Positions 1-8,967 of a stretch of DNA of 64,000 bases are shown piece after piece. The translations under genes and the position numbers were made by a program. The stretch lies in contig CAXXMB010000002.1 in the NCBI GenBank assembly GCA_963668675.2, forward strand, positions 704,001 to 768,000, in the 5' to 3' direction. The number at the start of each line of letters is the position of its first letter. Position 1 is the first letter of the stretch. Source of the stretch: an uncultured Desulfatitalea sp. GTDB taxonomy: Bacteria; Desulfobacterota; Desulfobacteria; Desulfobacterales; Desulfosarcinaceae. The notes below the pieces were generated by a model. That model was given only the letters and a program-made list of their open reading frames with translations. It did not search any database and was not told the DNA's origin.

Positions 1-48
1 CCGCAATAAAAGCGGCAACCCATCTCTGCCAAGCGTTTTATGTGTCAT
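1..48 (-). CDS. 5' fragment of a gene running off the left edge (MTHKNAWQRWVAAFIA...), probable signal peptide
   Basis: ATG at 48 on minus strand, AAGGGT upstream, open to window edge; only 16 codons visible. Confidence 0.45.
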   Translation of the reverse strand, partial: MTHKTLGRDGLPLLLR

Positions 49-237
49 ATTATACCCTTTAAACAATATTTATGGGTAAATAATATACCAAATCAACACA
101 TTGTCAAGCCACATTGAGAAAGGACGGAGTGATAAGAGGGGGAAATAAGCAGGCGCAACGCCTGCGAATGTCTTCACTGCAGTCCGAATCGAAAAATGAT
201 TCTGGCAAGAAGTTGCACCGACCATCAGGTTCAACCC

Positions 238-3200
238 CTACCGGCCGAACCAGTCTACCATCTCCCGGACACTCTTCTGGTCGAACTTGAGTCTGAACTT
301 CGCGAAGGGACCTTCGGCCGTATAGTCTGCCGCTGAAAAGTCCTCGTCGTCGAAGCCGGTAAAGTTGTAGCCCAGGCTGACCCAGGCGTTCTTGAACATG
401 GTGTAGCCCACCGACACCCCGGTGCGGTAGTCCATCTGGCCGGCATTCCAGGAGTGGAGCAGGCTGGCCTGCAAGCCCACATCCCACTCGGCGGTCAGAT
501 CGCAGCGCGCCTCGAGGCCGGTCAAATCGGTGTACCCGGTGTAGCTCTGCTGATCGATGGTATCGAAGACATACTTGGCGCCGTATTGAAAAGCCATCTG
601 CAAGCGATCGGCAGGTTTGTAGTTGGCGTTGAAGTGGTTGACGATGCGCCGGGCGTCGATGTCGCCAGCGGCATCATCGCAACTCTCGAATTTGTAGTCC
701 AGCCGGTCGAAAACGATCCAGGTGGTGTTCTTGGGACGCCAGGCCATGCTGAGGCGCACCTCGCCATCCAGGGTCTCCTCGCCCGCATCCGTTTCCGTAT
801 GGAACACCCTGGCACCGGCCGACAGGCCGAGCCCCCGGCGCACCTCGCCGGCGATACCGGAAATCAATCCCCACTTATCCTGCGTATCGGCCCAGCGGCT
901 CTCCACGCGCCCGGTCCAGGACCACTGCTCGGCCTTGTACCCGAGCCCCAGGGTAGCGGCGGTGAACTCTTCGCTGGCACCGGCGGCAGTGGGCACATCG
1001 GTATCGAAGGGAGCATGATCATCGTTCTGGATGGTCTGGGAGCGGTCAAGCCCCGCATCGACAGACCAGCGGGAGTTGATCTGCCAATTCTGAAACAGGC
1101 CTAGGTTGGCGAACAGCCGTGATCCCTCCTCCTGGGATTCACGTCCGACCGAAGTGCCGACTTGACCGCCGTTCCAGGGTGTGGCCTTGAAGCCGACGCG
1201 GCTGCTCTGGGTGTCCTGGCTCTCGCCCTGGGTGATTTCGTGCTCTGCGAAGAGGGTGACCGGCTCGGCCACTTTGTAATCGGCACCGATGATCGTGCGC
1301 GTGGGAAAATCAACGCTGTCGTTGTCCCCGAAAAGGGATTGTTCGTGGTTCAGGCGAAGCTGGACCCGGTTGTCGAAGAACATCCGCGACGCGCCGGCCA
1401 ACAGCTGGGTCGAGCGGTCGGCGCTGCCGTCGTCATATTTATCTTCGGCCGTGCGCGCCCCCAGGCTGAGGGTGTTGTGTGGGTTGCGATAGACCAGGCT
1501 CGCTTCGGCCAGATCGCGTTGGGCATGGGTGGCCAGGTTGTCTGAACGGTAGGCCTCTCCGGCAAGGGTCCACTGCTCCTTAAATCGCCAGGCCGCGTCG
1601 CCCCCTACCTTGCGGGTGGCGCTTTCACTGCCGTTCTGTTGTCCCAGCCCGAAACCTTCCCCCAGCTCGCGGTAGTAGACCCGGCCGTCGAAATCAGCTG
1701 TTCTCCTGCTCAACTCGGCCAAGTAACCTTCTCCACTGATCTCATCGCCGCTTTCGTCCTTCCGGCTGGAGGATACTTCAGCTTTGACCTTGAAACCCTT
1801 GCCCAGATCGACCTGGGCATCCAAGCCACCAAGATCACCTTCGGCATTGTCAGGCCCTTCGTGGATGTAAGTGGCCCCAACCTCGATGCGGTCATCGAAG
1901 AGTTTAGTCGATCCGCGCCCACCGTAAGTGTAACTGTCGTCCGAGGCGTTTTCGGATTCGTACTCGACCACGATGTAGATGGGATTGAAGGCCGCATCGC
2001 GGCTGTATACCGGAGACTTGAAAAAGAGGGAGCCGCTGTCGTAGTCGATGCTGTAGTCCACAAAACGCGTCAGACTGACCGAGGAGAGAATGATCTCGCT
2101 GCGGAAGCGGTCACGGGTTTCGATGGTAACCTTGTCCGAATTGGTGACGATGTTGCGGCGCGACAGGTAGTAGAGCCCAGAAGTGCCATTGCCCTGGATT
2201 TCATCCTTCACGTAGGCCTGACGGGTATCGGTGGCAAAGAGCGAATAGCCGAAACGGTCGCCGCTGTACTCCGATTTAAGACCGTTGAAACTGCGGCTGT
2301 AGCGGGAGAGCTCGGTCACGGTCAAGCCGGTGTCGTAGTCGCCGAACATGGCGTAGAAGCGGTCTCGCTCGATCTTGAGGTATAGTTTGCGGATGCTGGC
2401 CGCTTCATACTGCTGCTGGGTCGTGTCGCCGTATAGGGTGTAGTAACTCTCCGGATCGATGGTTTGAAACAGGCGGTTGTCCGGATCGTCGCGATCCTTG
2501 TCCGAATCGTAGGCAGCGGTCAGCAGCCAGCTGCCCTTGATCTTGCCCTTGGCAAAGAAGGCCAGCCGCCCCTCTTTGTAGAAGTCCTCTTCCATATCAG
2601 CCGCATCGAGCTGCTCCATGTTGCCACTGGCCGTGTTGTAGCCGGCCGTGCCTTCGGCCAGGCCCACCAGGATCCATTCACGCGCTTCGGGCCGCAGCCA
2701 GGCCTGTACCTCCTCCTCACGCCCGTCCAAAAGGAGGCGGACCACCACTTTGCCACTTCGGGTGGTCGGCTGAAGCCGGATACGGGCGATCCCGTCCCGT
2801 CCGACGGCGTATCGCAACTGCTGTGAATCGACCTGCGGCAGACCGTCGCGCATCAGGTCGAATTTTGAGTATGCTTCGTGGGGTGGCAGAACGTGATACT
2901 CACCCAAAACGCCGAAGCGCGCCGGATGGCCATCCTTGTCGGTCAGGCGAACGGCAATCTCTGGCACACGCTTTCCGTTGGCGATGAGCTGGGATGCCGC
3001 TTCGATCACTTCGGCTTCGACCGGCATGCCTGCGTAATAGACGGTGCGCTCGATCCGGCCCGCGACATTGCCCAAGGCATCCCGGCGTTCGGCCACCAGA
3101 CGGTTGGCGCCGTCCTTGATCCCCACGCCGGCCCAATAGCTCACCGCGACGGTGCCGGCCCCGTTGACGCGGGTGCCTTCGAAAGTCAATCCGTTGAGCT

Positions 3201-6084
3201 CCCTCCCGTCGAGCATCACCCTCACCTGTTCGGATGGGTCGTGCTGAACGGCGATCTTGATGCTGGGGATGGACGGGTAGAACCTTTCGTCCGGTGTCAG
3301 CCACCCGAAGCCCGGCGACAAGGTGTCGATGCCGATCCGGCTGAAATCCTGGACCTCTGGGGTTTCCGGCTTTTGTTCGGGCAGAGCCGCGGGAGATGTC
3401 GCCCGCCGTCCCAGGGTGGCAGCGCTGGTCTGGTCTTCGCACTTTATCGTGGCGATGTCGTGGACCACTTTAACTTTGACCGACAGCACCGTAACCGCCA
3501 CGCGCCGATTGATCGCCCGACCGGCTTCGGTCGCGTTGCTCTCCAGCGGCTGGGTGTCGCCCCGGCCGCTGACCGTCATCTGATCGGGGGACAGCTTCAA
3601 CCGATCGGCCAGGTATGCGGCTACCTTACGGGCACGCGCCAGGGAGAGGGCCTGGTTGTCTCGAAACAGGTGCCGTTTGTCTGTTCTGATCGGCAAGTTG
3701 TCGGTGTGGCCCACCACCATCACATGCTCGATTTCAAATGCACCGAGTTGCCGGGCCATCTGGTCGAGCACCTTTCTCCCCTCGGGCAGCAACACGTCGC
3801 TGAAGCTTTCGAACTGGGGTCGTACAATAATAGGGGCCTGTATCTCGCGGGTGCGCTGCTCGGACAGGGCCAACACCGTGTCGATTGCATCGGTGCGCCG
3901 ATTCTTCTCGGAGGGGGTGTCGAAGGTGAGCAGCGCACGGGTGTGAAGCCTTCCCGGCTGCGCAGCGCCGTCGAGATTCACGTCGAACTGAAGGTCCATC
4001 TGCCGGCCGGCCTGTGCATCGCCCAATCGGTAGATCAGCACATTTTTCATCACCTGGGGATCGTCCACGGGGCGACTTGCCAGGCGGCTGCTGCCCGGGG
4101 CATAAAGGGCGCCCTCGGGCAGAATAATCGAAAGCCGCACGTTGCTGAGATCCACGTCGCGGGCATCGATCTGCGCTGCGAAGCTCACCCGCTTCTCCAC
4201 CAGGCCGCAGGACATCTTGAGCGCCGCCTCGCCGGAGGGCGGCGGCTTGGATTTGACGTGGAAGTCGGTCCGCCATAGGGTGCCGCCCTGCATCTCAACG
4301 AAGCGCGAGAAGGGGGTGCCGGCGGCACGGGTGTTGGATTCACACTCGAAGATCTCATATGGGTCGGGCAGGCTCTCCAGATCGAGCTGGACCACATGAG
4401 CGCCCGAACTGACGCCTTCGATGTGGAACATGCCTTGATCGTCGGTAATCACATAGGTGCCGTCTTCCAGGTAGATGCGAACACCGGGTACGCCGTCGGC
4501 CTCCTCGGTGGGGGTATCGGCGCAGTTGTCGGCAATGACCCGGCCAACGATGGTATTTTTACTACGCCACAACTCATCCTTGACCGTGACGGTGGCGGTG
4601 GACGTATTGGAGGTCAGGCCGTTGGCGCTCTCTGCCCGGGCACTGTTTTTTGCTTCGCCGATCCTGGCACCGGCCCCGATTTCGGTCACATAGCGCAGCT
4701 CCGTGACAGTACCGTCCGGCATGTCGCCGAGGGTGAAGCGCAGCGTGCGTCCATCGGAAGAGATCACCGGATCGCCGGCGGCCTGGCCGTCCATTCGGGC
4801 CGATCCCTGGCGGTAGCGAAATCCCAGGGGCAGGTGATCCTCTATGGTGAGGCTGGAGGCGGTCAATCCAGCGCCGTTCTGGATGGTCAGGCGATACTGC
4901 ACGAAATCGCCGATGGCGGCTTCATCGCGATTGACACTCTTGAGAATCCACAAGCCGCTGATGCTCGGGTCTACCGGAATATCGATGCGCAACGCCGGCC
5001 CTGGGTTGATGAAGAAGACCTCGCCCCGGGAGCCGGGCTCGGCGATGGCGAACGGCGCGCCCGGCAGGGTCTGCAAGATAACAGTGGAGACGGTTGAGGG
5101 GGCCGCATAGCCGCTGGGCGGCTCTACTGCCAGTCGATAGGTCCCCGGTGCCACGAATGGAAAACGGTATGAACCGCTGGCGAATGCATACACCTTGCCA
5201 CTGCTGTCGATAAAGGTGCCGCCGGAGGTGACGGTCGAGGGAAAGGTGCTGACACCGTCGTCTCCGTAAACAACCGCCGGCTGTCCGGTGGCGGCATTGA
5301 CGAGCGTCACGGTGGCGTTGTCCACGGGCTGGCCGGTGCTGCTGTCGAAGACCAGACCATAGGGGTCCACCAGAATCGATGCGGCCACCGAGTCACTGCT
5401 GTCGGCCGCATCGATGTATTGGGCGCTGATCCGGGCGCCCTCGGTCACGTCGAGCAGTCCGTTGTAGGCCTGTACCGGCCCGAAACCTGAAGATTGCATG
5501 TAGCCTGCAAAGATGCCGCTGTCCGGTTCGGTTTCGGTGAGCAGCAACAGCTCGATGTCGCCCAAATCGGGCGTGGTCAGCTGCACCCAGATGGTCTCGG
5601 TCACGGCAGGATCGATGTTCTGATCCGTGTCGACCACCCGGATAAAGAGAGGCTCACCCTGGTGGTAGTAAACGACGGGTACCAGCGGCACCGCACTGCT
5701 CAAATCGATGGGGGTGGTGCTGCCGGCCGGATAGACGGCGGCGATCGTCTGGGGAGTGCCACCGGTGGTGCCGTCCGGGCTGTAGTCGGTGGTGGGCACC
5801 AGCACCTGTTCGGCGCCGCCCACCGAGGGGGCATACTGCAACAGCTCGATCTGGGAGGGGGTGCGCATCCAGGTGGTGGTGATCGAAACTGAGTTGGAAG
5901 AGATGGTCGTATCGATACCGTTGGCCCGAAAAAGGGCCTGGGCCGTGTTGTCGATGACCGTTCCCGGAGGAACGGCGTGGGCGGTTGCCGAAAAAATGAG
6001 CAGGAGAAGAAGAAGGAGCGTGCAAACCAAGCTCCATGCCCGGCCTGCACGCTTTGAACCATAGGAGAAAGATATTGAAGTCAT
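238..6084 (-). CDS. Large exported protein (~1948 aa): Ig-like/DUF11/SdrD-B-like domains, OmpA-like peptidoglycan-binding domain, long C-terminal outer-membrane beta-barrel region
   Basis: Signal peptide ending AHA|VPPGTVIDNTA; DUF11 motif ILKSVNRDEAAIGDFVQYRLTIQN...IEDHLPLGFRY; OmpA motifs GHTD, NQALSLARA, NRRV; C-terminal ~800 aa of alternating aromatic/Gly strands. Start moved from TTG 6216 to ATG 6084 (uncertain). Confidence 0.85.
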   Translation of the reverse strand: MTSISFSYGSKRAGRAWSLVCTLLLLLLLIFSATAHAVPPGTVIDNTAQALFRANGIDTTISSNSVSITTTWMRTPSQIELLQYAPSVGGAEQVLVPTTDYSPDGTTGGTPQTIAAVYPAGSTTPIDLSSAVPLVPVVYYHQGEPLFIRVVDTDQNIDPAVTETIWVQLTTPDLGDIELLLLTETEPDSGIFAGYMQSSGFGPVQAYNGLLDVTEGARISAQYIDAADSSDSVAASILVDPYGLVFDSSTGQPVDNATVTLVNAATGQPAVVYGDDGVSTFPSTVTSGGTFIDSSGKVYAFASGSYRFPFVAPGTYRLAVEPPSGYAAPSTVSTVILQTLPGAPFAIAEPGSRGEVFFINPGPALRIDIPVDPSISGLWILKSVNRDEAAIGDFVQYRLTIQNGAGLTASSLTIEDHLPLGFRYRQGSARMDGQAAGDPVISSDGRTLRFTLGDMPDGTVTELRYVTEIGAGARIGEAKNSARAESANGLTSNTSTATVTVKDELWRSKNTIVGRVIADNCADTPTEEADGVPGVRIYLEDGTYVITDDQGMFHIEGVSSGAHVVQLDLESLPDPYEIFECESNTRAAGTPFSRFVEMQGGTLWRTDFHVKSKPPPSGEAALKMSCGLVEKRVSFAAQIDARDVDLSNVRLSIILPEGALYAPGSSRLASRPVDDPQVMKNVLIYRLGDAQAGRQMDLQFDVNLDGAAQPGRLHTRALLTFDTPSEKNRRTDAIDTVLALSEQRTREIQAPIIVRPQFESFSDVLLPEGRKVLDQMARQLGAFEIEHVMVVGHTDNLPIRTDKRHLFRDNQALSLARARKVAAYLADRLKLSPDQMTVSGRGDTQPLESNATEAGRAINRRVAVTVLSVKVKVVHDIATIKCEDQTSAATLGRRATSPAALPEQKPETPEVQDFSRIGIDTLSPGFGWLTPDERFYPSIPSIKIAVQHDPSEQVRVMLDGRELNGLTFEGTRVNGAGTVAVSYWAGVGIKDGANRLVAERRDALGNVAGRIERTVYYAGMPVEAEVIEAASQLIANGKRVPEIAVRLTDKDGHPARFGVLGEYHVLPPHEAYSKFDLMRDGLPQVDSQQLRYAVGRDGIARIRLQPTTRSGKVVVRLLLDGREEEVQAWLRPEAREWILVGLAEGTAGYNTASGNMEQLDAADMEEDFYKEGRLAFFAKGKIKGSWLLTAAYDSDKDRDDPDNRLFQTIDPESYYTLYGDTTQQQYEAASIRKLYLKIERDRFYAMFGDYDTGLTVTELSRYSRSFNGLKSEYSGDRFGYSLFATDTRQAYVKDEIQGNGTSGLYYLSRRNIVTNSDKVTIETRDRFRSEIILSSVSLTRFVDYSIDYDSGSLFFKSPVYSRDAAFNPIYIVVEYESENASDDSYTYGGRGSTKLFDDRIEVGATYIHEGPDNAEGDLGGLDAQVDLGKGFKVKAEVSSSRKDESGDEISGEGYLAELSRRTADFDGRVYYRELGEGFGLGQQNGSESATRKVGGDAAWRFKEQWTLAGEAYRSDNLATHAQRDLAEASLVYRNPHNTLSLGARTAEDKYDDGSADRSTQLLAGASRMFFDNRVQLRLNHEQSLFGDNDSVDFPTRTIIGADYKVAEPVTLFAEHEITQGESQDTQSSRVGFKATPWNGGQVGTSVGRESQEEGSRLFANLGLFQNWQINSRWSVDAGLDRSQTIQNDDHAPFDTDVPTAAGASEEFTAATLGLGYKAEQWSWTGRVESRWADTQDKWGLISGIAGEVRRGLGLSAGARVFHTETDAGEETLDGEVRLSMAWRPKNTTWIVFDRLDYKFESCDDAAGDIDARRIVNHFNANYKPADRLQMAFQYGAKYVFDTIDQQSYTGYTDLTGLEARCDLTAEWDVGLQASLLHSWNAGQMDYRTGVSVGYTMFKNAWVSLGYNFTGFDDEDFSAADYTAEGPFAKFRLKFDQKSVREMVDWFGR

Positions 6085-6089
6085 TCGCC

Positions 6090-6214
6090 GGATGACAGAC
6101 CTTTTATGGAGCCGGCACGTGCACATGTCCACCGGGGCCAGGCACTGTTCTCCCATCCCGGTTTTCACGTGTATGTCTTTGTGTGCCAAAGCGTTCATTG
6201 CCGGTCTGTCACCC
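6090..6214 (-). other. ~125-nt intergenic stem-loop between the 339-aa subunit gene and the large OM protein gene
   Basis: GGGTGACAGACC (6214-6203) pairs with GGTCTGTCATCC (6101-6090); inner GGCAC/GTGCC and ACCGGG/CCCGGT stems. Confidence 0.55.
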
Positions 6215-6227
6215 AATCGTTTGCATG

Positions 6228-7247
6228 TTATTCGATGGTCACCCTGAAGGTGATCGGAATCATGGTGCTGATCGCCAGGTCGGTCGGCAGGGTTACGGTA
6301 ATCTGCTCAGGTGGTCCGGCCACGTAGGTCACTTGCGCACTTGCGTCGGCATATGCTGTTCCGTCAATCTCCACCGAGTCGGCGACATAGATCAGGTTCG
6401 CCGGAATCTCGTCGGTCAGGGTCACATTAGAGGCGGGCAATAGACCGCTGGTATTGGTGATTTCGACCCGGTACTCGATCACCGAACCGGGAATCCGGAA
6501 ATAGGGCGGCCCACTGTTCACACCGTCGCTGATGACCGAAGAGCTCTTGGCAGCCGTCAGGGTCACGTCCACCACCTCAAACAGCGCATTGGCGGAGTGG
6601 AGCCCGTTGTAGGCAACGTCTCCGGTCGAGGTACCGGCGTCATCGGCGTACACATTGTCCGAAACCCCGAGAGTATCAGTTGCTGCCTCGGCCACGTTGG
6701 CGGTGGCGATCAGATGATAGGTACCGGTCTGGCCGGCGGTTGCGCCGACGGGTGCATCACCTACGATGTAGATGGTCAAGGCATTGGCAGGGTCGCGGTC
6801 CACATTGATGGTGGGGGTCGGACCGGGAACCGGGGTGTCTTCAGCTGCCTGAAAGCCCGGTGTCGTGCCGTCTTCCTGGTAGTAGGCGATATTGGTCATC
6901 ACCAACGCGCCGGCCTGCTCATTGCTCAGGACGATGGGCAAGGCTGCAGCGCTGTTTCCGTCATTGGTGACCGTGAAGGCGAGGTACTGGCTGGTGCTAC
7001 CGGCAACGACGGGCTGTGGGGTTAGAGTCAATGGCGCAACGACCGGTCTCACTTTGTGGTCGACTACAAAACTGGCAGTGGTAGATGTCGCGTTCAAGGT
7101 GGGCGATCCGCCCACGCTGAATTCGATTTCGGCCGTATTGTCGATAGTGATGCCGGCGCCGGTATCGGTCACTGCGGCGAACGCCGGATAGACGCCTGCC
7201 ATGGTCAAGAGAAAAAAAACGATGGTCAGTTTAGATAGATACTTCAT
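6228..7247 (-). CDS. Secreted DUF11-domain protein (339 aa), putative major fibre subunit
   Basis: RBS AAGGAGGT; signal peptide; N-terminal GITIDNTA; C-terminal LTAAKSSSV...PGSVIEYRVEITN...LTDEIPANLIY...ITFRVTIE. Confidence 0.85.
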   Translation of the reverse strand: MKYLSKLTIVFFLLTMAGVYPAFAAVTDTGAGITIDNTAEIEFSVGGSPTLNATSTTASFVVDHKVRPVVAPLTLTPQPVVAGSTSQYLAFTVTNDGNSAAALPIVLSNEQAGALVMTNIAYYQEDGTTPGFQAAEDTPVPGPTPTINVDRDPANALTIYIVGDAPVGATAGQTGTYHLIATANVAEAATDTLGVSDNVYADDAGTSTGDVAYNGLHSANALFEVVDVTLTAAKSSSVISDGVNSGPPYFRIPGSVIEYRVEITNTSGLLPASNVTLTDEIPANLIYVADSVEIDGTAYADASAQVTYVAGPPEQITVTLPTDLAISTMIPITFRVTIE

Positions 7248-7298
7248 TTCGAACCTCCTTTAGCCGTTAACGTACAGATTCAGTTGTTGTTCGTTGTT

Positions 7299-7793
7299 TT
7301 ATTGCAAAATCGCCCGAAAGCTCACCTCACCCTTGGCGCCTGGCGGCAGGGGGTCGCCAAACGACCAGCGGATGTGGGTGTAATCCTGAGGCCGGGCCGG
7401 AAATTTGCGGCCCGACGCATCGAAGATGAAGAGCTTGGCCGGTGCATCGTATGTTTTGCCGCCGTCCACGGAGAAGGTGATCATAGTCCCCATGCCCCGG
7501 GCCGAGTTCTGTGTGTAGATCATGTGCTCGGGCATGGGGTTGGTGATCACCGCGTTTTCGGCGGCTTCTTTGCCTGTGTTTTCGTAAAGGGTCGTAAAGA
7601 TCACTTCGTTGCCGGGCAGCACTTTGGTTGCCTTGACGCGCTGCACCTCTTTTTTGCCCTCCTGGTTGAAGCGTTCCACTTCCACTTCGGCCACGCTCGT
7701 GAGCTGGATTTGGCCCTGGGCATGCGCCCAGACGGCCGTCAGCGCGACCAGAACGATCACAATGCCTGGGATAAACGCTCTCTTCGGTTGCAT
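7299..7793 (-). CDS. Secreted single DUF11-like domain protein (164 aa)
   Basis: RBS AAGGAG; signal peptide AHA|Q; PGNEVIFTTLYENTG...ITNPMPEHMIY...VSFRAILQ. Confidence 0.85.
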   Translation of the reverse strand: MQPKRAFIPGIVIVLVALTAVWAHAQGQIQLTSVAEVEVERFNQEGKKEVQRVKATKVLPGNEVIFTTLYENTGKEAAENAVITNPMPEHMIYTQNSARGMGTMITFSVDGGKTYDAPAKLFIFDASGRKFPARPQDYTHIRWSFGDPLPPGAKGEVSFRAILQ

Positions 7794-7809
7794 GGTGGTT
7801 CTCCTTCTC

Positions 7810-8862
7810 CTAATTGATGGTTGTGGTAAATTCGATCGTATGGGTGGCCGGGGCCACCGTGTCTTGCAACTCTACGGTCACCGTGTCGGCGCTGGTGACA
7901 TTGAAATCCGTATGGTCCGCCGGTGCGTCGGCTGCATCGGTTTGGGGGGTGCCGTCCAGTACGATGCTGCCAGCCACATAGGTCGTGTCGGCTGGAATAA
8001 CATCGACAATGGTCAAGGCCTCAGCCGCACCGCTGCCGCCGATCTGCACGGTCAGCCGATAAGTGACCCGGGCACCGGGATAGGGTTCGTTTCCACCCGA
8101 CAGGTCCTCGATGGCGGCAATGCTCTTGGTCAACTGCACATTGACGGCGGCAACCACATAGGTGCCGATCGCTTCGCTGTGGCCATTGCTGTTACCGACG
8201 ACGGCACTGCCACCGTTCAGTCCGGCCCCGGGCAGTTCGGTACCGGCCGCTGCGCCGGCTGCGCCGGGAGTGGCCGCCGCGGCGGTGAGGCTCACCCGTC
8301 CCGTCTGGCCGTCCCCCAAACCTGAGGGGATGTTGCTCAACAGGTAGATGAGAAGCGAGCCGTCGGGCGGCAGATCCGGTGTGGCCGCGCCCAGAACCGT
8401 ATCTGCAGGCGATCCTGTGGTCTGCAAACCGGGCTGGCCGTTGCTCTCCAGCCAGATCGACTGGGCGAGGGGATCAAAATCATCACTGCCCAGAGCATCA
8501 TTGTAAGCAAAGGTGAAGGCTTCCGGGCCGTTACCTGTGTTGGTCAGCAGGAAGGTAAGGGGACGTTCCGTTTGGGGCGTATTGACCGTCACGTCGGCTG
8601 CATCCTGCCACACGACGATCGTATTGATCACCTCCAGCACCTCGAAGCTGTCCATGGCGGTGACCGTTTGGGGGGTGGGATCGGCTCCCATGGTGTAGGT
8701 CGCGGTCGCCGTGTTGGCAATCACCGTACCTGCCGCAGTGCCCAGGGCCCAGGCCGGAGCGGTGGTACCCAGCAGCAGAGACGTTGCCCACACCAGGCCG
8801 ACGAGCCCGGAGAGGGTATGGCGCCACTTGTTTTCTTCCTTTAGCCGAAACACGCGAAACAA
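7810..8862 (-). CDS. Secreted DUF11-domain protein (~350 aa), putative minor fibre subunit
   Basis: Signal peptide AWA|LGTAAGTVIANTATATY; C-terminal QLTKSI...PGARVTYRLTV...IVDVIP...IEFTTTIN; start codon uncertain. Confidence 0.85.
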   Translation of the reverse strand: MFRVFRLKEENKWRHTLSGLVGLVWATSLLLGTTAPAWALGTAAGTVIANTATATYTMGADPTPQTVTAMDSFEVLEVINTIVVWQDAADVTVNTPQTERPLTFLLTNTGNGPEAFTFAYNDALGSDDFDPLAQSIWLESNGQPGLQTTGSPADTVLGAATPDLPPDGSLLIYLLSNIPSGLGDGQTGRVSLTAAAATPGAAGAAAGTELPGAGLNGGSAVVGNSNGHSEAIGTYVVAAVNVQLTKSIAAIEDLSGGNEPYPGARVTYRLTVQIGGSGAAEALTIVDVIPADTTYVAGSIVLDGTPQTDAADAPADHTDFNVTSADTVTVELQDTVAPATHTIEFTTTIN

Positions 8863-8967
8863 TCCTTTGCTTTAACTGCCGCAAGTGCTGCCGCTGCGAG
8901 GGGTGCGGTTTTCCTTGCGGGTCTGTTCTGCTTCGTTTACTTCACGACAACTCCTTCTGACTCACTG

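Noticed and set aside
49..237. GCAGGCG-CAA-CGCCTGC hairpin as a c-di-GMP riboswitch
   Set aside because: No GEMM consensus elements; probably a simple stem-loop after the operon
2878..4278. 466-aa plus-strand ORF and other long antisense ORFs (e.g. 19181-20119, 44400-45401, 46559-47596, 50656-51591)
   Set aside because: Shadows of well-supported genes in GC-rich DNA; no motifs or RBS
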